64,000 bases of DNA from an uncultured Verrucomicrobiota bacterium (GTDB taxonomy: Bacteria > Verrucomicrobiota > Verrucomicrobiia > Opitutales > UBA9783), in NCBI GenBank assembly GCA_902495005.1, contig CABUVL010000005.1, forward strand, positions 21,131 to 85,130, read 5' to 3'. Shown in pieces: positions 36,616 through 50,193 of this stretch (position 1 is the first letter of the stretch; every line of letters begins with the position of its first letter). The notes beneath the pieces are model-generated. The model had not been told where the DNA came from. It saw nothing but the letters and a program-made list of their open reading frames with translations, and searched no databases. The position numbers and the translations under genes are program-made.

Positions 36616-38880
36616 TTAAGAATTGCTTGTCGTCGGGGTACTCGACTGCGTCTTTGTAAGCCCATTGCGCAGGCGTTCTTTGAGGGTCGTGCGTCGAATA
36701 GAACTATCGAGCGTACGAACGGCAATGCTGTAGGCTTTCGGGTCGCCCACAATGAATACGTGCTTACGTCCTCTTGTGACCGCCGTGTACAGTAAGTTTC
36801 GTTTTAACATAACGAAATGTTGCGTGAGGAGCGGAATCACCACAATGGGAAATTCACTGCCTTGCGATTTGTGAATGCTGATCGCGTAAGCCAACTTTAA
36901 GTCCAGGCATTCGAGCCGCTCCAATATGTGTTCCTCATTGTTGAATTGCACCATGAGCTGTTCTTCAGCGGTGTCCACATGCGTGACAATTCCCAGATCT
37001 CCGTTAAAAATATTTTTGTCGTAGTTGTTTTTCAGCTGTATGACCTTGTCGCCCAAGCAAAATGTTTGACCGCCTACCTTTAGTCTTGGCCTATTTTCTC
37101 CGGATTTTTTTTGGAAGAGCGCGTTAATATTTTCAATGCCCGATTCTCCGCGATGCATGGGTACCAGAATTTGTACATCCTTGAGCGGATTTATCTTAAG
37201 CGATTGGGGCAATTGCTCCCAGCAGAGTTTTTCAATGGTTTGAAGCGCCTGTGCGGGGCCATCTATGCCGATAAAATGGAAATCTTCCTCAAAATTTGTC
37301 AATTGATTGGGCGATTGAATGGGGGCTTCCAAGGTGCGTTTGCCACTCAAGATGTTGTAGGCCGTGGTCACAATTGAACTTTTTTGCCCTTGCCTGTAAA
37401 TTTCTTTGAGGGATTCGACCTGAAAGTAATTGCTGTTTAAGAGGTCGTTTAAGACATTGCCGGGTCCAACAGACGGCAATTGATAGATGTCGCCGACAAA
37501 TAGTACGTGTGCCGCATCGGGTAAGGCACGCAGCAAGGCGTGTGTGAGGTGAATGTCGAGCATACTCGCCTCGTCGACAATCAAGTAATCGGCAGGCAAT
37601 AAGTTTTCTTCGTTGTAAGAGAATCCACCGATGGAGGGCTCGTATTTCAAGGTCCGATGGACGGTCCGCGCCTCGTAGCCGGTGGCTTCTTGCATGCGTT
37701 GTGCGGCACGACCCGTTGGAGCGGCCAAGTACAAACGGACGTGTTTTGCCAGTAATACGTGTATGAGTGCTCGAAGCAGGGTTGTTTTACCCGTTCCAGG
37801 ACCCCCGGTCAGGATGGAAAGCTTTGAACTTAGAATGGAGTGCAGTGCCTTTTTTTGCGTTTCAGACCAGGTAATGTGAAGTTGATTTTCTGACCAGATT
37901 AAAGCTTTGTCGATTTGTATGGGGGGTAGGGAGGACGGCGCCTCATGCAGACGACGAATGTGTTTGGCAATAGAGGCTTCTCCAATGGCCATGCTGGGCC
38001 TTTGCACCAATTGAGATGGCGGATATTCGTTCAGTCGATCATCTTCGAGGAGAATGGACAGGCGTTGCTTGATCCGTTCGCTTGAAACATCGAGTAATTC
38101 GGAGGTCTTTTGCGCAAGTGTCGTGATGGGTGCACCTGTGTTGCCGTCAGATTCCGCTTCCATCAGTAGGTAATTTATCCCCGCGTCAATTCGAAAATCT
38201 GCGTCGTTGGCAATTCCTAAATTGAGCGCGATCTTGTCGGCGGACTTAAACCCGATACCGTCGATACTTTGAACGATGACGTAGGGATTATTTTTTACAA
38301 TTTCTTTTGTCTTTGCGCCGTACTTTTGAAATAAACGTAAACATTGTGTGCTGGTGAATCCGTAGGTTTGCAAAAAAATCATCACATCCCGGACCGCCTG
38401 TTGCTCATCCCAGGCTTTTTTTATGCTCTGAGCGCGTTTTATGCCAATCCCGGGTACCTCTTGCAGGCGTGCGCTGGCATTGTTTAAGACGTCAAATGTG
38501 CGTAATCCAAAAAAATCTACAATTTTATTGGCGTACACGGAGCCGATTCCGTGAATGAGCCCACTTTTTAAATATTGGCGAATGCCATGCAAATTCGAAG
38601 GTAGCTCAGAGGTGAATTCGACGCATTGCAATTGTTGCCCGTATTGGGCATGTTTAATCCAAGTGCCTTTGACGGATAAAGTCTCCCCACATTGGACCGT
38701 GGGAAAGTACCCCGTGATGGTGATCGTCTTTTTCTCTTTCGCCAGAGACAACAACCCCACCGTATAACCATTGTCTTGATTGTAATAAAGTACGCTTTTT
38801 AAGACCCCCTTGAGGGATACAAGTTCATCATCAGCATTTGAACTCGCATCCGCTGAAGGTTCTCGTTGTTGGAAGGTCAT
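36616..38880 (-). CDS. recD2: RecD2-like SF1B ATP-dependent DNA helicase
   Basis: Walker A LTGGPGTGKTT, Walker B LIVDEASMLD, LVGDIYQLPSVGPG, and C-terminal AISIHKSQGSEF and YTAVTRGRK. The N-terminus has HhH-like repeats. The start overlaps the greA stop (TAATG). Confidence 0.88.
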   Translation of the reverse strand: MTFQQREPSADASSNADDELVSLKGVLKSVLYYNQDNGYTVGLLSLAKEKKTITITGYFPTVQCGETLSVKGTWIKHAQYGQQLQCVEFTSELPSNLHGIRQYLKSGLIHGIGSVYANKIVDFFGLRTFDVLNNASARLQEVPGIGIKRAQSIKKAWDEQQAVRDVMIFLQTYGFTSTQCLRLFQKYGAKTKEIVKNNPYVIVQSIDGIGFKSADKIALNLGIANDADFRIDAGINYLLMEAESDGNTGAPITTLAQKTSELLDVSSERIKQRLSILLEDDRLNEYPPSQLVQRPSMAIGEASIAKHIRRLHEAPSSLPPIQIDKALIWSENQLHITWSETQKKALHSILSSKLSILTGGPGTGKTTLLRALIHVLLAKHVRLYLAAPTGRAAQRMQEATGYEARTVHRTLKYEPSIGGFSYNEENLLPADYLIVDEASMLDIHLTHALLRALPDAAHVLFVGDIYQLPSVGPGNVLNDLLNSNYFQVESLKEIYRQGQKSSIVTTAYNILSGKRTLEAPIQSPNQLTNFEEDFHFIGIDGPAQALQTIEKLCWEQLPQSLKINPLKDVQILVPMHRGESGIENINALFQKKSGENRPRLKVGGQTFCLGDKVIQLKNNYDKNIFNGDLGIVTHVDTAEEQLMVQFNNEEHILERLECLDLKLAYAISIHKSQGSEFPIVVIPLLTQHFVMLKRNLLYTAVTRGRKHVFIVGDPKAYSIAVRTLDSSIRRTTLKERLRNGLTKTQSSTPTTSNS

Positions 38881-40736
38881 TATTTGGACCAACGTGCAAT
38901 TTGACGAATTTGCAAAACTTGTTCAGAGGGTAATTCTACAGTATCGCCAACAACTTTGCCCAATAATTGAGAGGCCAAAGGAGTTTGGTAGGACAGAATA
39001 TTTTTCTTGGGATCGCTGTCCCATGCCCCGAGAATTGTGTATTGTACCTCTTTACCTTTTTGATCCGCCAATGTGACGACAGAGCCGATGCTAACTTTAT
39101 CCAAAGGCGTCTCTTCAAATTTAATGACTTGAACACGCGCTAAATCTTGCTCAATTTTTGCCTTACGTGCGAGTAAGACGTCTTGATCTTGTCGGGCCAT
39201 TTTGTACTCAGAATTTTCACGCAAGTCGCCCAACTCTCTCGCCGCCGCAATGGCAATCTTGTTGGCCGGAATTTTTTCGGAAATGAGTGATTCATACTCC
39301 TTGCGAATGGCATCCAAGCTCTCTTGAGAAACAAATAGACGTTCTTCAGCCGAGTGCTCTTTTTTCTCCGTGAGCGATTGAAGTTCAGGGAATACCCGAA
39401 TGAAACGTGCCATGATGGAACGTTTTTTGAGCGTATCGAACCCTTGATTCAAGAGAAGACTACGCGCCAAATCTCGTGCCAGATCGAAGCTTGCGTCTTT
39501 CAACAGCACCGCTATGAGATCGTGATCTTCGTTAACGGCATCCACAAGTGGAATGCGTCGTCCTGGATTTGTATTGAGTGCATCGATGTCAATGGCTTGG
39601 AAAATCGCACTCAATAGGCGTGGGTTGAGCAAGCCCGAAATTAAATTTTGATAATGCGGCATTTCACGGTGCTTAATAATCCAAATAAGCACGGGGCTCT
39701 TTAAGGATTGCTCTTGTAACCATTTTTGTAGGGTTTCTTTCAGAAGCGACTCGCAATCCCTTTCGAGCAAGAAATTAATGCATTCTACCGTAAAGCGACC
39801 ATTGCTGTGCTTAAAAAGGTGCAATACGACGTGCTTCCATTCTTCGGGTGTTTGGTAGGTGCGCGTTAAGAGATCCAAGAAGCGAGGATAGTAGACGTGA
39901 GGCAACTGCTCTGCCAACTCGGACAAGTTTTCTGTGCTCAAGATGATCGATTGCGACGTGGGTTGTAATTCTTCGACACGTTCGTGAAGGTAACGGGCCA
40001 AGTTGTTGCGTACCCAGCAACCTTCGAGCCTTTCTGCGGCAGACAACTGCTTTGCATTCTGTATGGCTTTGGTCAAATCTTCCAAAATCTGTGGCAGGTC
40101 GTTGCGAATGACATCGATACTGTCGGCCAGTTGATATAATTTTGTGGCCAACGCAATTTTTTCCAAGGGCCTCCGTGTGAGGTAAAATTCCTCTAAAATT
40201 TCTTGTTCGGGCAAGATGGGCTCGCTGCGCAATTGATACACATCGTGTTGTTTTTTCTTAGGTGTTGCGATGCGTGGGTCTTTTACCATTAATTTTTGAG
40301 CTTGCATCCACCATTTTTTATATTGTTGTTCTGTCAAGATCATGGACAGGACATGCCTTAATAAGGATTCAAGTTCCAAGTAAGTGGCGGAGGTGTTGCG
40401 ACATCCTTGTAAGACTTTTACGATTAAGTCGCAGGGATGTTCTTTACTCATCTTGAGAATTTCTTCTGGATGTTTTCTGGCTTCAACCAAGACGTTGTTT
40501 TCGTCGATGAACGTTAGCTTTTGCACGCAAAAAATGGGATCCATCGTACTTGCTTGATCTTGCGTCTCAAATTTAATAATGACGCGATTGGCGACGTCGT
40601 CATACTTTTCAATGCAACCTACCCCCCAACTATGGTGCCAAAAATAATTGCCTGGTTCCAAGGCTTCAAAAATTTGGCGCTTTGACTTCAATTGGGGATT
40701 TTGTTCCAGAATTAAATCGATTGCTTCCTTATTCAT
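38880..40736 (-). CDS. greA: GreA-family transcript cleavage factor with a ~460-aa N-terminal extension (chlamydial long GreA)
   Basis: The C-terminal ~155 aa, ARELGDLRENSEYKMARQDQDVLLARKAKIEQDLARVQVI...GSVVTL...YTILG, are GreA-like. The long N-terminal extension is a known feature of chlamydial GreA. Confidence 0.8.
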   Translation of the reverse strand: MNKEAIDLILEQNPQLKSKRQIFEALEPGNYFWHHSWGVGCIEKYDDVANRVIIKFETQDQASTMDPIFCVQKLTFIDENNVLVEARKHPEEILKMSKEHPCDLIVKVLQGCRNTSATYLELESLLRHVLSMILTEQQYKKWWMQAQKLMVKDPRIATPKKKQHDVYQLRSEPILPEQEILEEFYLTRRPLEKIALATKLYQLADSIDVIRNDLPQILEDLTKAIQNAKQLSAAERLEGCWVRNNLARYLHERVEELQPTSQSIILSTENLSELAEQLPHVYYPRFLDLLTRTYQTPEEWKHVVLHLFKHSNGRFTVECINFLLERDCESLLKETLQKWLQEQSLKSPVLIWIIKHREMPHYQNLISGLLNPRLLSAIFQAIDIDALNTNPGRRIPLVDAVNEDHDLIAVLLKDASFDLARDLARSLLLNQGFDTLKKRSIMARFIRVFPELQSLTEKKEHSAEERLFVSQESLDAIRKEYESLISEKIPANKIAIAAARELGDLRENSEYKMARQDQDVLLARKAKIEQDLARVQVIKFEETPLDKVSIGSVVTLADQKGKEVQYTILGAWDSDPKKNILSYQTPLASQLLGKVVGDTVELPSEQVLQIRQIARWSK

Positions 40737-41098
40737 GGTAATATTACGAACCTAGGTAATTTGTAAATAAAATGCAAGCATTTAGAAAAAATCTCCACCG
40801 TTACCTGGTAAAATTTTCTCATTACTTGCTTTTGTTAAGCCAATGACATTGTATCTATGCAAAGCATAAGCCATCGGAAATACCGTCTTATCTCATTAAT
40901 TGAGCTTACAGCCAATGGGCTCCGGTCTTATTATATATAGAAGAAAGAACTCGCCCCGTGTTTTTAGTAGCAATAAAGTACGTATATCAATAAAACACAC
41001 ATAGTTTATTACGGTGAGGGACAGCTTACAATTTACGCATGTGCATGCAAGTTGCAATCTCGCACGTACCCTCCATTAAATAGGCCGAATGTCCTGCC

Positions 41099-42190
41099 TT
41101 AGACGTCTAAATTCTCTTCTTTATTGTCTGAGAAGGCGCCTTTGGCCAGAACCATGCCGCCGGAAACGCGAACTTTGTCGATAATCGCCCGCATGGCCTC
41201 TTCCATGACCGAGGGATTTTCTTTTAAGTACGTCTTGGCAGCTTCGCGTCCTTGCCCAATGAGATTGCCTTTGTAAGCCACCCAGGAGCCCTTTTTCTCA
41301 AAAATTTGATGTTCAATACCGAGGTCGATGACGGAGGAGGCTTGAGAAATGCCTTCGTCGTACATAATGTCAAATTCACATTCCGTGAACGGGGGAGCTA
41401 CTTTGTTTTTGACGACCTTAAGCCGGGTTCTGTTGCCGACAATGCGACCGGACGCGTCCTTCAGTTGGCCGATACGTCGAATGTCCATGCGAACCGAGGC
41501 AAAGAATTTCAACGCTCTACCGCCTGTAGTTGTCTCTGGACTGCCGAACATAACGCCGATTTTTTCTCGGATTTGATTGGTAAAAATGCAGATGCATTTC
41601 GACTTATTGATGACGGACGTTAAGCGTCGCATGGCCTGACTCATCATGCGAGCTTGCAAGCCTACGTTCGTATCTCCCATCTGGCCGTTGAGTTCAGCTT
41701 TCGATACGAGTGCGGCTACGGAATCCACAACAATTACTTCAATGGCACCGGAGCGGATCAAGGTTTCTGCAATGTTGAGGGCGTCTTCGCCGCTTTCAGG
41801 TTGAGAGACGATCAAATTGTCGAGATCAACACCCACCACCTTGGCATAACGAGGATCGAGGGCATTTTCCACATCTATAAAAACGGCCCTGCCTCCTTGC
41901 TTTTGCGCCTGCGCTATGATGCTGAGACACAAGGTCGTCTTTCCCGACGATTCGGGACCAAAAATTTCACAAATACGGCCGCGTGGCAATCCGCCGACAC
42001 CCAAGGCAAGATCAATGGCCAGCGAACCGGTTGATATGACAGACACATCCATTTTGGCCGTGTTTCCCATGCGCATGATGGCGCCTTCGCCGAATTGCTT
42101 GTTGATGGCCGCAATTGCTAACTCAAGCGCTTTATCCTCGATGTGAGTTTCGCCCGTCTTCTTTATTGCCTTCGCTTGTGTAGAATCCAT
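41099..42190 (-). CDS. recA: Recombinase RecA
   Basis: [22 protein letters not shown], Walker [11 protein letters not shown], and the [10 protein letters not shown] motif. Confidence 0.97.
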   Translation of the reverse strand: MDSTQAKAIKKTGETHIEDKALELAIAAINKQFGEGAIMRMGNTAKMDVSVISTGSLAIDLALGVGGLPRGRICEIFGPESSGKTTLCLSIIAQAQKQGGRAVFIDVENALDPRYAKVVGVDLDNLIVSQPESGEDALNIAETLIRSGAIEVIVVDSVAALVSKAELNGQMGDTNVGLQARMMSQAMRRLTSVINKSKCICIFTNQIREKIGVMFGSPETTTGGRALKFFASVRMDIRRIGQLKDASGRIVGNRTRLKVVKNKVAPPFTECEFDIMYDEGISQASSVIDLGIEHQIFEKKGSWVAYKGNLIGQGREAAKTYLKENPSVMEEAMRAIIDKVRVSGGMVLAKGAFSDNKEENLDV

Positions 42191-42226
42191 ACAAGTACTT
42201 GTTAAATATTTTTTTGATCCAGTCGG

Positions 42227-43366
42227 CTAGTTTTTTTTTACAGTTTTTGGGCTGTCGGAGTTTTCGCCCAAAGCTTGTGAAAATGCTTCCAGGCATTTGC
42301 GTTGCTCCTTCGTGAGCTTTTTAGGAACGCTGATGGATACGGTTACGAGCAAATCGCCCGTCTTTGGAGCGCCACTGGCCCGCCGTTCTATTTGAGGCAT
42401 TCCGTAGCCTTTAAGTTTAAAAATTGTATTCGCCTGGGTGCCTGCCGGAATTTTTAAGTTGGCTTTGCCGTCGAGCGTTGGGATTTCAATATCTCCACCT
42501 AAGGCCGCCAAGGTAAATGAAATTTCTTGATGGTAGAGTAAATTGAGACCATCTCTTTGAAATAATTTATGTTCTTTTAAATAGACAACGACATAGAGAT
42601 CGCCGGGATGTGCGCCAAAAGGGCCCGCTTCTCCTAGGCCTTGAAAGCGCAATTTGGCACCGTTGCCAATACCGGCGGGGATGTTGGCCTTTACCTGCGT
42701 TTTGTTTATTTCAATGCCTTGGCCGTGGCAATAAGGGCAGGGCTTTTCGATAATTTTTCCGCTTCCCTGGCATTGGGGGCAGGTGCGGCTCATGCTGAAA
42801 AATCCTTGAGAGGTGATAACTTGTCCACGACCTTTGCATTGAGGACAAATTTTAGCTTTTGTGCCCTCCTGACAGCCACTTCCTTGACAATGTGAGCAGG
42901 GGGTGTGCCGACGATATTCGATGGTTTTTGTGACCCCTTTCGCGGCTTCTTCTAGTGTGATTTCGAGGTCGTAACGTAAATCGGCTCCTTGAGCTTCGCT
43001 CGAATAACCTTGATGCCCGCCAAAAAAGCTTTCGAAAATTCCACCTCCACGGCTTCCGAACACTTCGCGGAAAACGTCAAATGGATCGCTAAATCCGCCT
43101 GAGCCGCTGTAATGTGAACCGCCGCCGCCAAAACCTCCCTCAAAGGCCGCATGCCCGTATTGGTCATAAGCCGCTTTCTTTTGAGGATCTTTCAGTACTT
43201 CGTAGGCTTCGGAGACTTGTTTAAATTTTTCTTCTGCTTCCTTATCGCCGGGATTTTTATCGGGGTGGTATTGAACTGCCTTCTTCCGATAGGCTTTTTT
43301 AATTTCGTCGGCGGAAGCTTGTCGAGAAATTCCTAATATGTCGTAATAATCTTGTTTTTCCGTCAT
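42227..43366 (-). CDS. dnaJ: Chaperone DnaJ
   Basis: J domain DYYDILGISRQASADEIKKAYRKKAVQYHPDKNP, a G/F region, and four CxxCxGxG repeats. Start at MTEKQDYY (43366), 4 nt after the grpE stop. Confidence 0.95.
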   Translation of the reverse strand: MTEKQDYYDILGISRQASADEIKKAYRKKAVQYHPDKNPGDKEAEEKFKQVSEAYEVLKDPQKKAAYDQYGHAAFEGGFGGGGSHYSGSGGFSDPFDVFREVFGSRGGGIFESFFGGHQGYSSEAQGADLRYDLEITLEEAAKGVTKTIEYRRHTPCSHCQGSGCQEGTKAKICPQCKGRGQVITSQGFFSMSRTCPQCQGSGKIIEKPCPYCHGQGIEINKTQVKANIPAGIGNGAKLRFQGLGEAGPFGAHPGDLYVVVYLKEHKLFQRDGLNLLYHQEISFTLAALGGDIEIPTLDGKANLKIPAGTQANTIFKLKGYGMPQIERRASGAPKTGDLLVTVSISVPKKLTKEQRKCLEAFSQALGENSDSPKTVKKN

Positions 43367-43370
43367 AGTC

Positions 43371-43961
43371 TTAATCGTTTTTTGCTGCCTCGGCTGCCGG
43401 TCCTTCGGAAACAACAACACTGGCCGGCCGTAGTAATTTTCCACCGATGCTGTAGCCACTTCGAATCAAATGTACAATATGCCCTTCAGGTATGGTTTCG
43501 TGATGGCACTTTGACACGGCTTCATGTAGGTGAGGGTTGAACGCTTCGTTGTTGGGCTCAATGGTGGAAATGCCGAACTTGTTCAAACTTGTTTGAAATT
43601 GTTGCAAGAGCAGCGTAAAGCCTTGTAAGGTTTTTTCGGGTACGCCATTTTGTTCGGCATTCGAGAGCACCATCTTTAATGTGTCGAAGATGTTGATAAC
43701 CTCATTCAGAACGGATTGCAGTGTAAAAACACGTACGTCCTCCTTGTCTTTCACAAAACGTTTGCGTGCGTTGTCCAAATCGGCGCGTGCTCGTAAGTAT
43801 TGGTCTTGTAAATTGTTGCACTGTGCTTCTAATTGGGCGATTTTATCGTTGAGGGCCTGCGTAGGATCCTCTTGGGCCGTTTGAGCTTGGTTTGTGTCGG
43901 CCTCGGTGGCTTGCGTGGGCTTATTTTTGTTCGTATTCGCTTGTGTGCTTGATGGTTCCAT
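43371..43961 (-). CDS. grpE: Nucleotide exchange factor GrpE
   Basis: LRARADLDNARKR and a C-terminal FNPHLHEAV...GYSIGGKLLRPASV pattern. Confidence 0.9.
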   Translation of the reverse strand: MEPSSTQANTNKNKPTQATEADTNQAQTAQEDPTQALNDKIAQLEAQCNNLQDQYLRARADLDNARKRFVKDKEDVRVFTLQSVLNEVINIFDTLKMVLSNAEQNGVPEKTLQGFTLLLQQFQTSLNKFGISTIEPNNEAFNPHLHEAVSKCHHETIPEGHIVHLIRSGYSIGGKLLRPASVVVSEGPAAEAAKND

Positions 43962-44013
43962 AATTCAACAGATACAAATTTAAAATGTACAACAAATTTA
44001 TTTTGTGGTTTAA

Positions 44014-46689
<2,676 letters not shown>

Positions 46690-46692
46690 TTT

Positions 46693-49116
46693 ATGTACGC
46701 AGAAAAAGAGTTTTTAATTGATACCAATGTCGATGACATTATGAAGTCGGCTTACATCGATTATTCGATGTCTGTCATTGTGAGCCGCGCCCTTCCAGAC
46801 GTACGTGATGGTTTAAAGCCCGTCCACCGGCGTATTTTGTACGCCATGATGCGGGAAGGTTTGGTACATAACCGTCCTTTCGATAAATGTGCAGGTGTCG
46901 TAGGTGAAGTTTTAAAGAATTACCACCCGCACGGTGACTCTTCTGTGTACGATGCTTTGGTCAGAATGGCGCAGGAATGGGTGATGCGTTACCCCTTGGT
47001 CGATCCACAAGGTAACTTCGGTTCTATCGACGGTGATTCGGCGGCGGCTTACCGTTATACCGAGTGCCGCTTGAAGGAAATTTCGGAAGAATTACTCAAA
47101 GATATCGATGAGGATACGGTTGACTTTACACCCAATTATAAAGAGAGTACCCTGGAACCGGTCGTATTGCCTGCCGCTTTGCCGAACTTATTGATGAATG
47201 GTTCTACGGGTATTGCCGTCGGTATGACCACCAATATCCCTCCTCACAATTTAGGTGAATTGCTCGATGCTCTCTGTATTCTCATTGATCACCAAGATGC
47301 GTCTATCGATGAACTTTTAAAGGTAATTAAAGGGCCAGATTTCCCAACAGGGGGTACGGTTGTCGGCTTAGAAGGCATTGCAAATTATTTAAAAACGGGA
47401 CGTGGTATCATACACGTTAGGGGAGAAGCGCACACCGAGGACCTTGGAAACGGTAAGGAACAAATTATCATTACCGAAATTCCGTACAATGTAAATCGTG
47501 CCAATTTGGTGACGAAGATTGCCGATTTGGTGCGCGAAAAAATTTTAACTGAAATCAGCGACATTCGCGATGAGTCGGATGAAGAGACGCGCATTGTCAT
47601 TGAATTAAAACGCGGGGAAGTTCCGCGGGTGGTGTTGAATAAGTTGTTTAAGATGACGCCACTTGAATCGTCATTTGGAGTCATTTTGTTGGCTTTGGAT
47701 CAACAAAGACCTAAGCAAATGAATATCAAGGAAATGTTGGAGTGCTACCTCGAGCACCGTCGTGAGGTAACCTTACGTCGAACACATTTCCGATTGAATA
47801 AGGCGGAAGCTCGCTTGCACATTTTAGAGGGGTACAAAATTGCACTCGATCATTTGGATGATTTTGTGCGCATCATTCGTGCGTCCAATTCTCGCGATGA
47901 GGCAAAGATCAGCTTGATCGCCAAATATCAATTGACGGACATCCAAGCCGATGCGATTTTAGACCTCCGTTTGTACCAATTGACGGGCTTGGAGCGCGAG
48001 CGCATCGACGCGGAGTACTTGGAGCTTTTAAAATTGGCCGAGCAGTTGCGTTCAATTTTAGAGAGTGACGCTAAGTTGCTCTCCGTTATTAAGGAAGAAT
48101 TGTTGGCCCTTCGTGAAAAATACGTGGAAGCCCGGAAGACGCGTATTATGCCCGCAGAATCAGAATTTAAGTTGGAAGACGTGATTGCCAACGTGGGCTG
48201 CATGATTACGGTTACGCACAATGGCTTTATCAAGCGTACCGATATCAGTTCTTACCGATCCCAAAAGCGGGGCGGCAAGGGCGTCATTGGGGCTGGTCAG
48301 TACGAAGATGACTTCATCGAGCATTCTTTCACGGCAAGTACCCACGATTACATTTTATTTGTCATGCAGAACGGCCGCTTGTACATTAAAAAGGTGTACG
48401 ATATCCCGGAAGGTTCAAGAATCGCCAAGGGACGTGCACTCATTAATGTCTTGGAGCTGCAAGACGGTGAGAAGGTGGCTGCGATGTTGTGCTTTAAGCA
48501 TTTTAGTGACGATCAGTTCTTGGTAATGGCCACGCAACAGGGCATTATTAAAAAGACGGTTTTGTCGGCCTACAGTAACTGCCGCGTGTCCGGCATTATT
48601 GGAATGAACGTGGATGAGAATGACATCATTATTGGCGCAGAACTCACCAATGGTAATAACGATCTCCTTTTAATTACCTATCAAGGTATGTCAATTCGCT
48701 TTAGTGAATCTGATTGCCGTGATCAGGGACGGGCCACGCGTGGTGTTAAAGGAATTCGCTTGCGCAAGGACGATTTCGTCAAGGCTTTGATTGTTGTCGA
48801 TGATCGAAAAACTCTGTTGATCGCTGGCATTAGAGGGCAAGGTAAACGTTCGGAATTTTCAGAGTATCGTTTGCAGCAACGTGGCGGCTTGGGCGTCATC
48901 GCCATTAAGACACACGGAGTTGCGGGAGCTATTACGGTGGATGAATCGGATGAAATGATGTTGTTGACGAAATCCGGTCAAGCGGTACGCAGCCCCGTCA
49001 AGGATGTCCGGGTCATTGGCCGCACGACGATGGGCGTACGTCTGATTAATTTGGAGAAAGACGATAAATTGATAGGAATTTGTAAGGTTATTGAGGTCGA
49101 ACCTGAAGCCTCTTAA
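46693..49116 (+). CDS. gyrA: DNA gyrase subunit A
   Basis: YIDYSMSVIVSRALPDVRDGLKPVHRRILYAM, HPHGDSSVYDALVRMAQ, and the active-site segment AAAYRYTECRL. Confidence 0.97.
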   Translation: MYAEKEFLIDTNVDDIMKSAYIDYSMSVIVSRALPDVRDGLKPVHRRILYAMMREGLVHNRPFDKCAGVVGEVLKNYHPHGDSSVYDALVRMAQEWVMRYPLVDPQGNFGSIDGDSAAAYRYTECRLKEISEELLKDIDEDTVDFTPNYKESTLEPVVLPAALPNLLMNGSTGIAVGMTTNIPPHNLGELLDALCILIDHQDASIDELLKVIKGPDFPTGGTVVGLEGIANYLKTGRGIIHVRGEAHTEDLGNGKEQIIITEIPYNVNRANLVTKIADLVREKILTEISDIRDESDEETRIVIELKRGEVPRVVLNKLFKMTPLESSFGVILLALDQQRPKQMNIKEMLECYLEHRREVTLRRTHFRLNKAEARLHILEGYKIALDHLDDFVRIIRASNSRDEAKISLIAKYQLTDIQADAILDLRLYQLTGLERERIDAEYLELLKLAEQLRSILESDAKLLSVIKEELLALREKYVEARKTRIMPAESEFKLEDVIANVGCMITVTHNGFIKRTDISSYRSQKRGGKGVIGAGQYEDDFIEHSFTASTHDYILFVMQNGRLYIKKVYDIPEGSRIAKGRALINVLELQDGEKVAAMLCFKHFSDDQFLVMATQQGIIKKTVLSAYSNCRVSGIIGMNVDENDIIIGAELTNGNNDLLLITYQGMSIRFSESDCRDQGRATRGVKGIRLRKDDFVKALIVVDDRKTLLIAGIRGQGKRSEFSEYRLQQRGGLGVIAIKTHGVAGAITVDESDEMMLLTKSGQAVRSPVKDVRVIGRTTMGVRLINLEKDDKLIGICKVIEVEPEAS

Positions 49117-49870
49117 AGACCCTCTTGGGACCCTTAAGTGCCTGTGCATTTGTTTCCAAGATGGATGGGAGAAGTCGTCTGAATAGGAGCGATAGGGGCC
49201 CTCTTTCGCCCTTCCGATAAGTGTTGCCGGATTTACTTATATCAATGCTCGAGTTCAACAAATTCGTGATGAACAAACCTATTAAATTTCGCGCCGTACG
49301 CTTGACGGAACATTGAGTGTACCTGAATAAAAAAAGTTGTGCCGCATGTGACGTTTCTCAGGAGAGCAATTGCTTCGGGGGCTAGGTTTATTAAGCCTGT
49401 GTTTGTCCGTTGTTGAAAATGCCCAATCCTTAAGAACCTAGTTGCCTGTCCCACTTGATCCTGGGGAAGTCTTTAAAGTTCATGTGAATGTATTCGCCTG
49501 CTTTTACAAGTTGATGGTTCAGCGGGTTAAGAGGGGAGTATCTATTTTAATATGGAGCTAATTAATTAACTTCTGTTCGATCGTTACACACGGGTTATAA
49601 GTAAGCTATGCTTCCTGTTCTTTATGTGTAATGAATGAGCTTATGAAGCGTTATTTCAAGGCCTGGGCGTATCGCTTGTTCTATGCTTTTTATTAGGCAA
49701 TGAGCAAAGTTGTTTTGCTGCTGGCAGGATTCTTTTAAGGCGTGTGTATAAGGCTTTAATATTGAGTGTTATTTTGAGTGCCGTGACCATGGGAAGCTTC
49801 TGCTTGGAAGTTTTTTCATATTATTCATTTGACATTTACTTAAAAATGAGTGGGAATAAATATGCTGTAT

Positions 49871-49945
49871 GCCCGTGTGGTGTAACGGTCAGCACGGTAG
49901 GTTCTCATCCTACAAATCGCAGTTCGATTCTGCGCATGGGTGCCA
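49871..49945 (+). tRNA. tRNA-Glu (anticodon CTC), CCA encoded
   Basis: Hand-folded: acceptor GCCCGTG/CATGGGT (two G-T pairs), anticodon stem GTAGG/CCTAC with loop TTCTCAT, and T arm CGCAG-TTCGATT-CTGCG. Confidence 0.8.
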
Positions 49946-50193
49946 AGAAGTTTTATACAAATGCAGCGTTGGGTTGAAGCACTGGATGTTTTTACGTGCT
50001 TCCGGCATTTTGATTTCTGTTAGAAGTCCGTTGTGTTTGCAACGAAATGTTCCCTGCCTGACGTGAACTTAAGGTGGATCTGGCAAGTAGGAGGCTTTTT
50101 TAAAGTTTATGGGGTCGAATTAATTCCTGATAACAGACTTACAGGCGTTAACTAAGATGTAACGCACGCCGTTAAAGCTTGTTTGTAGGAATC

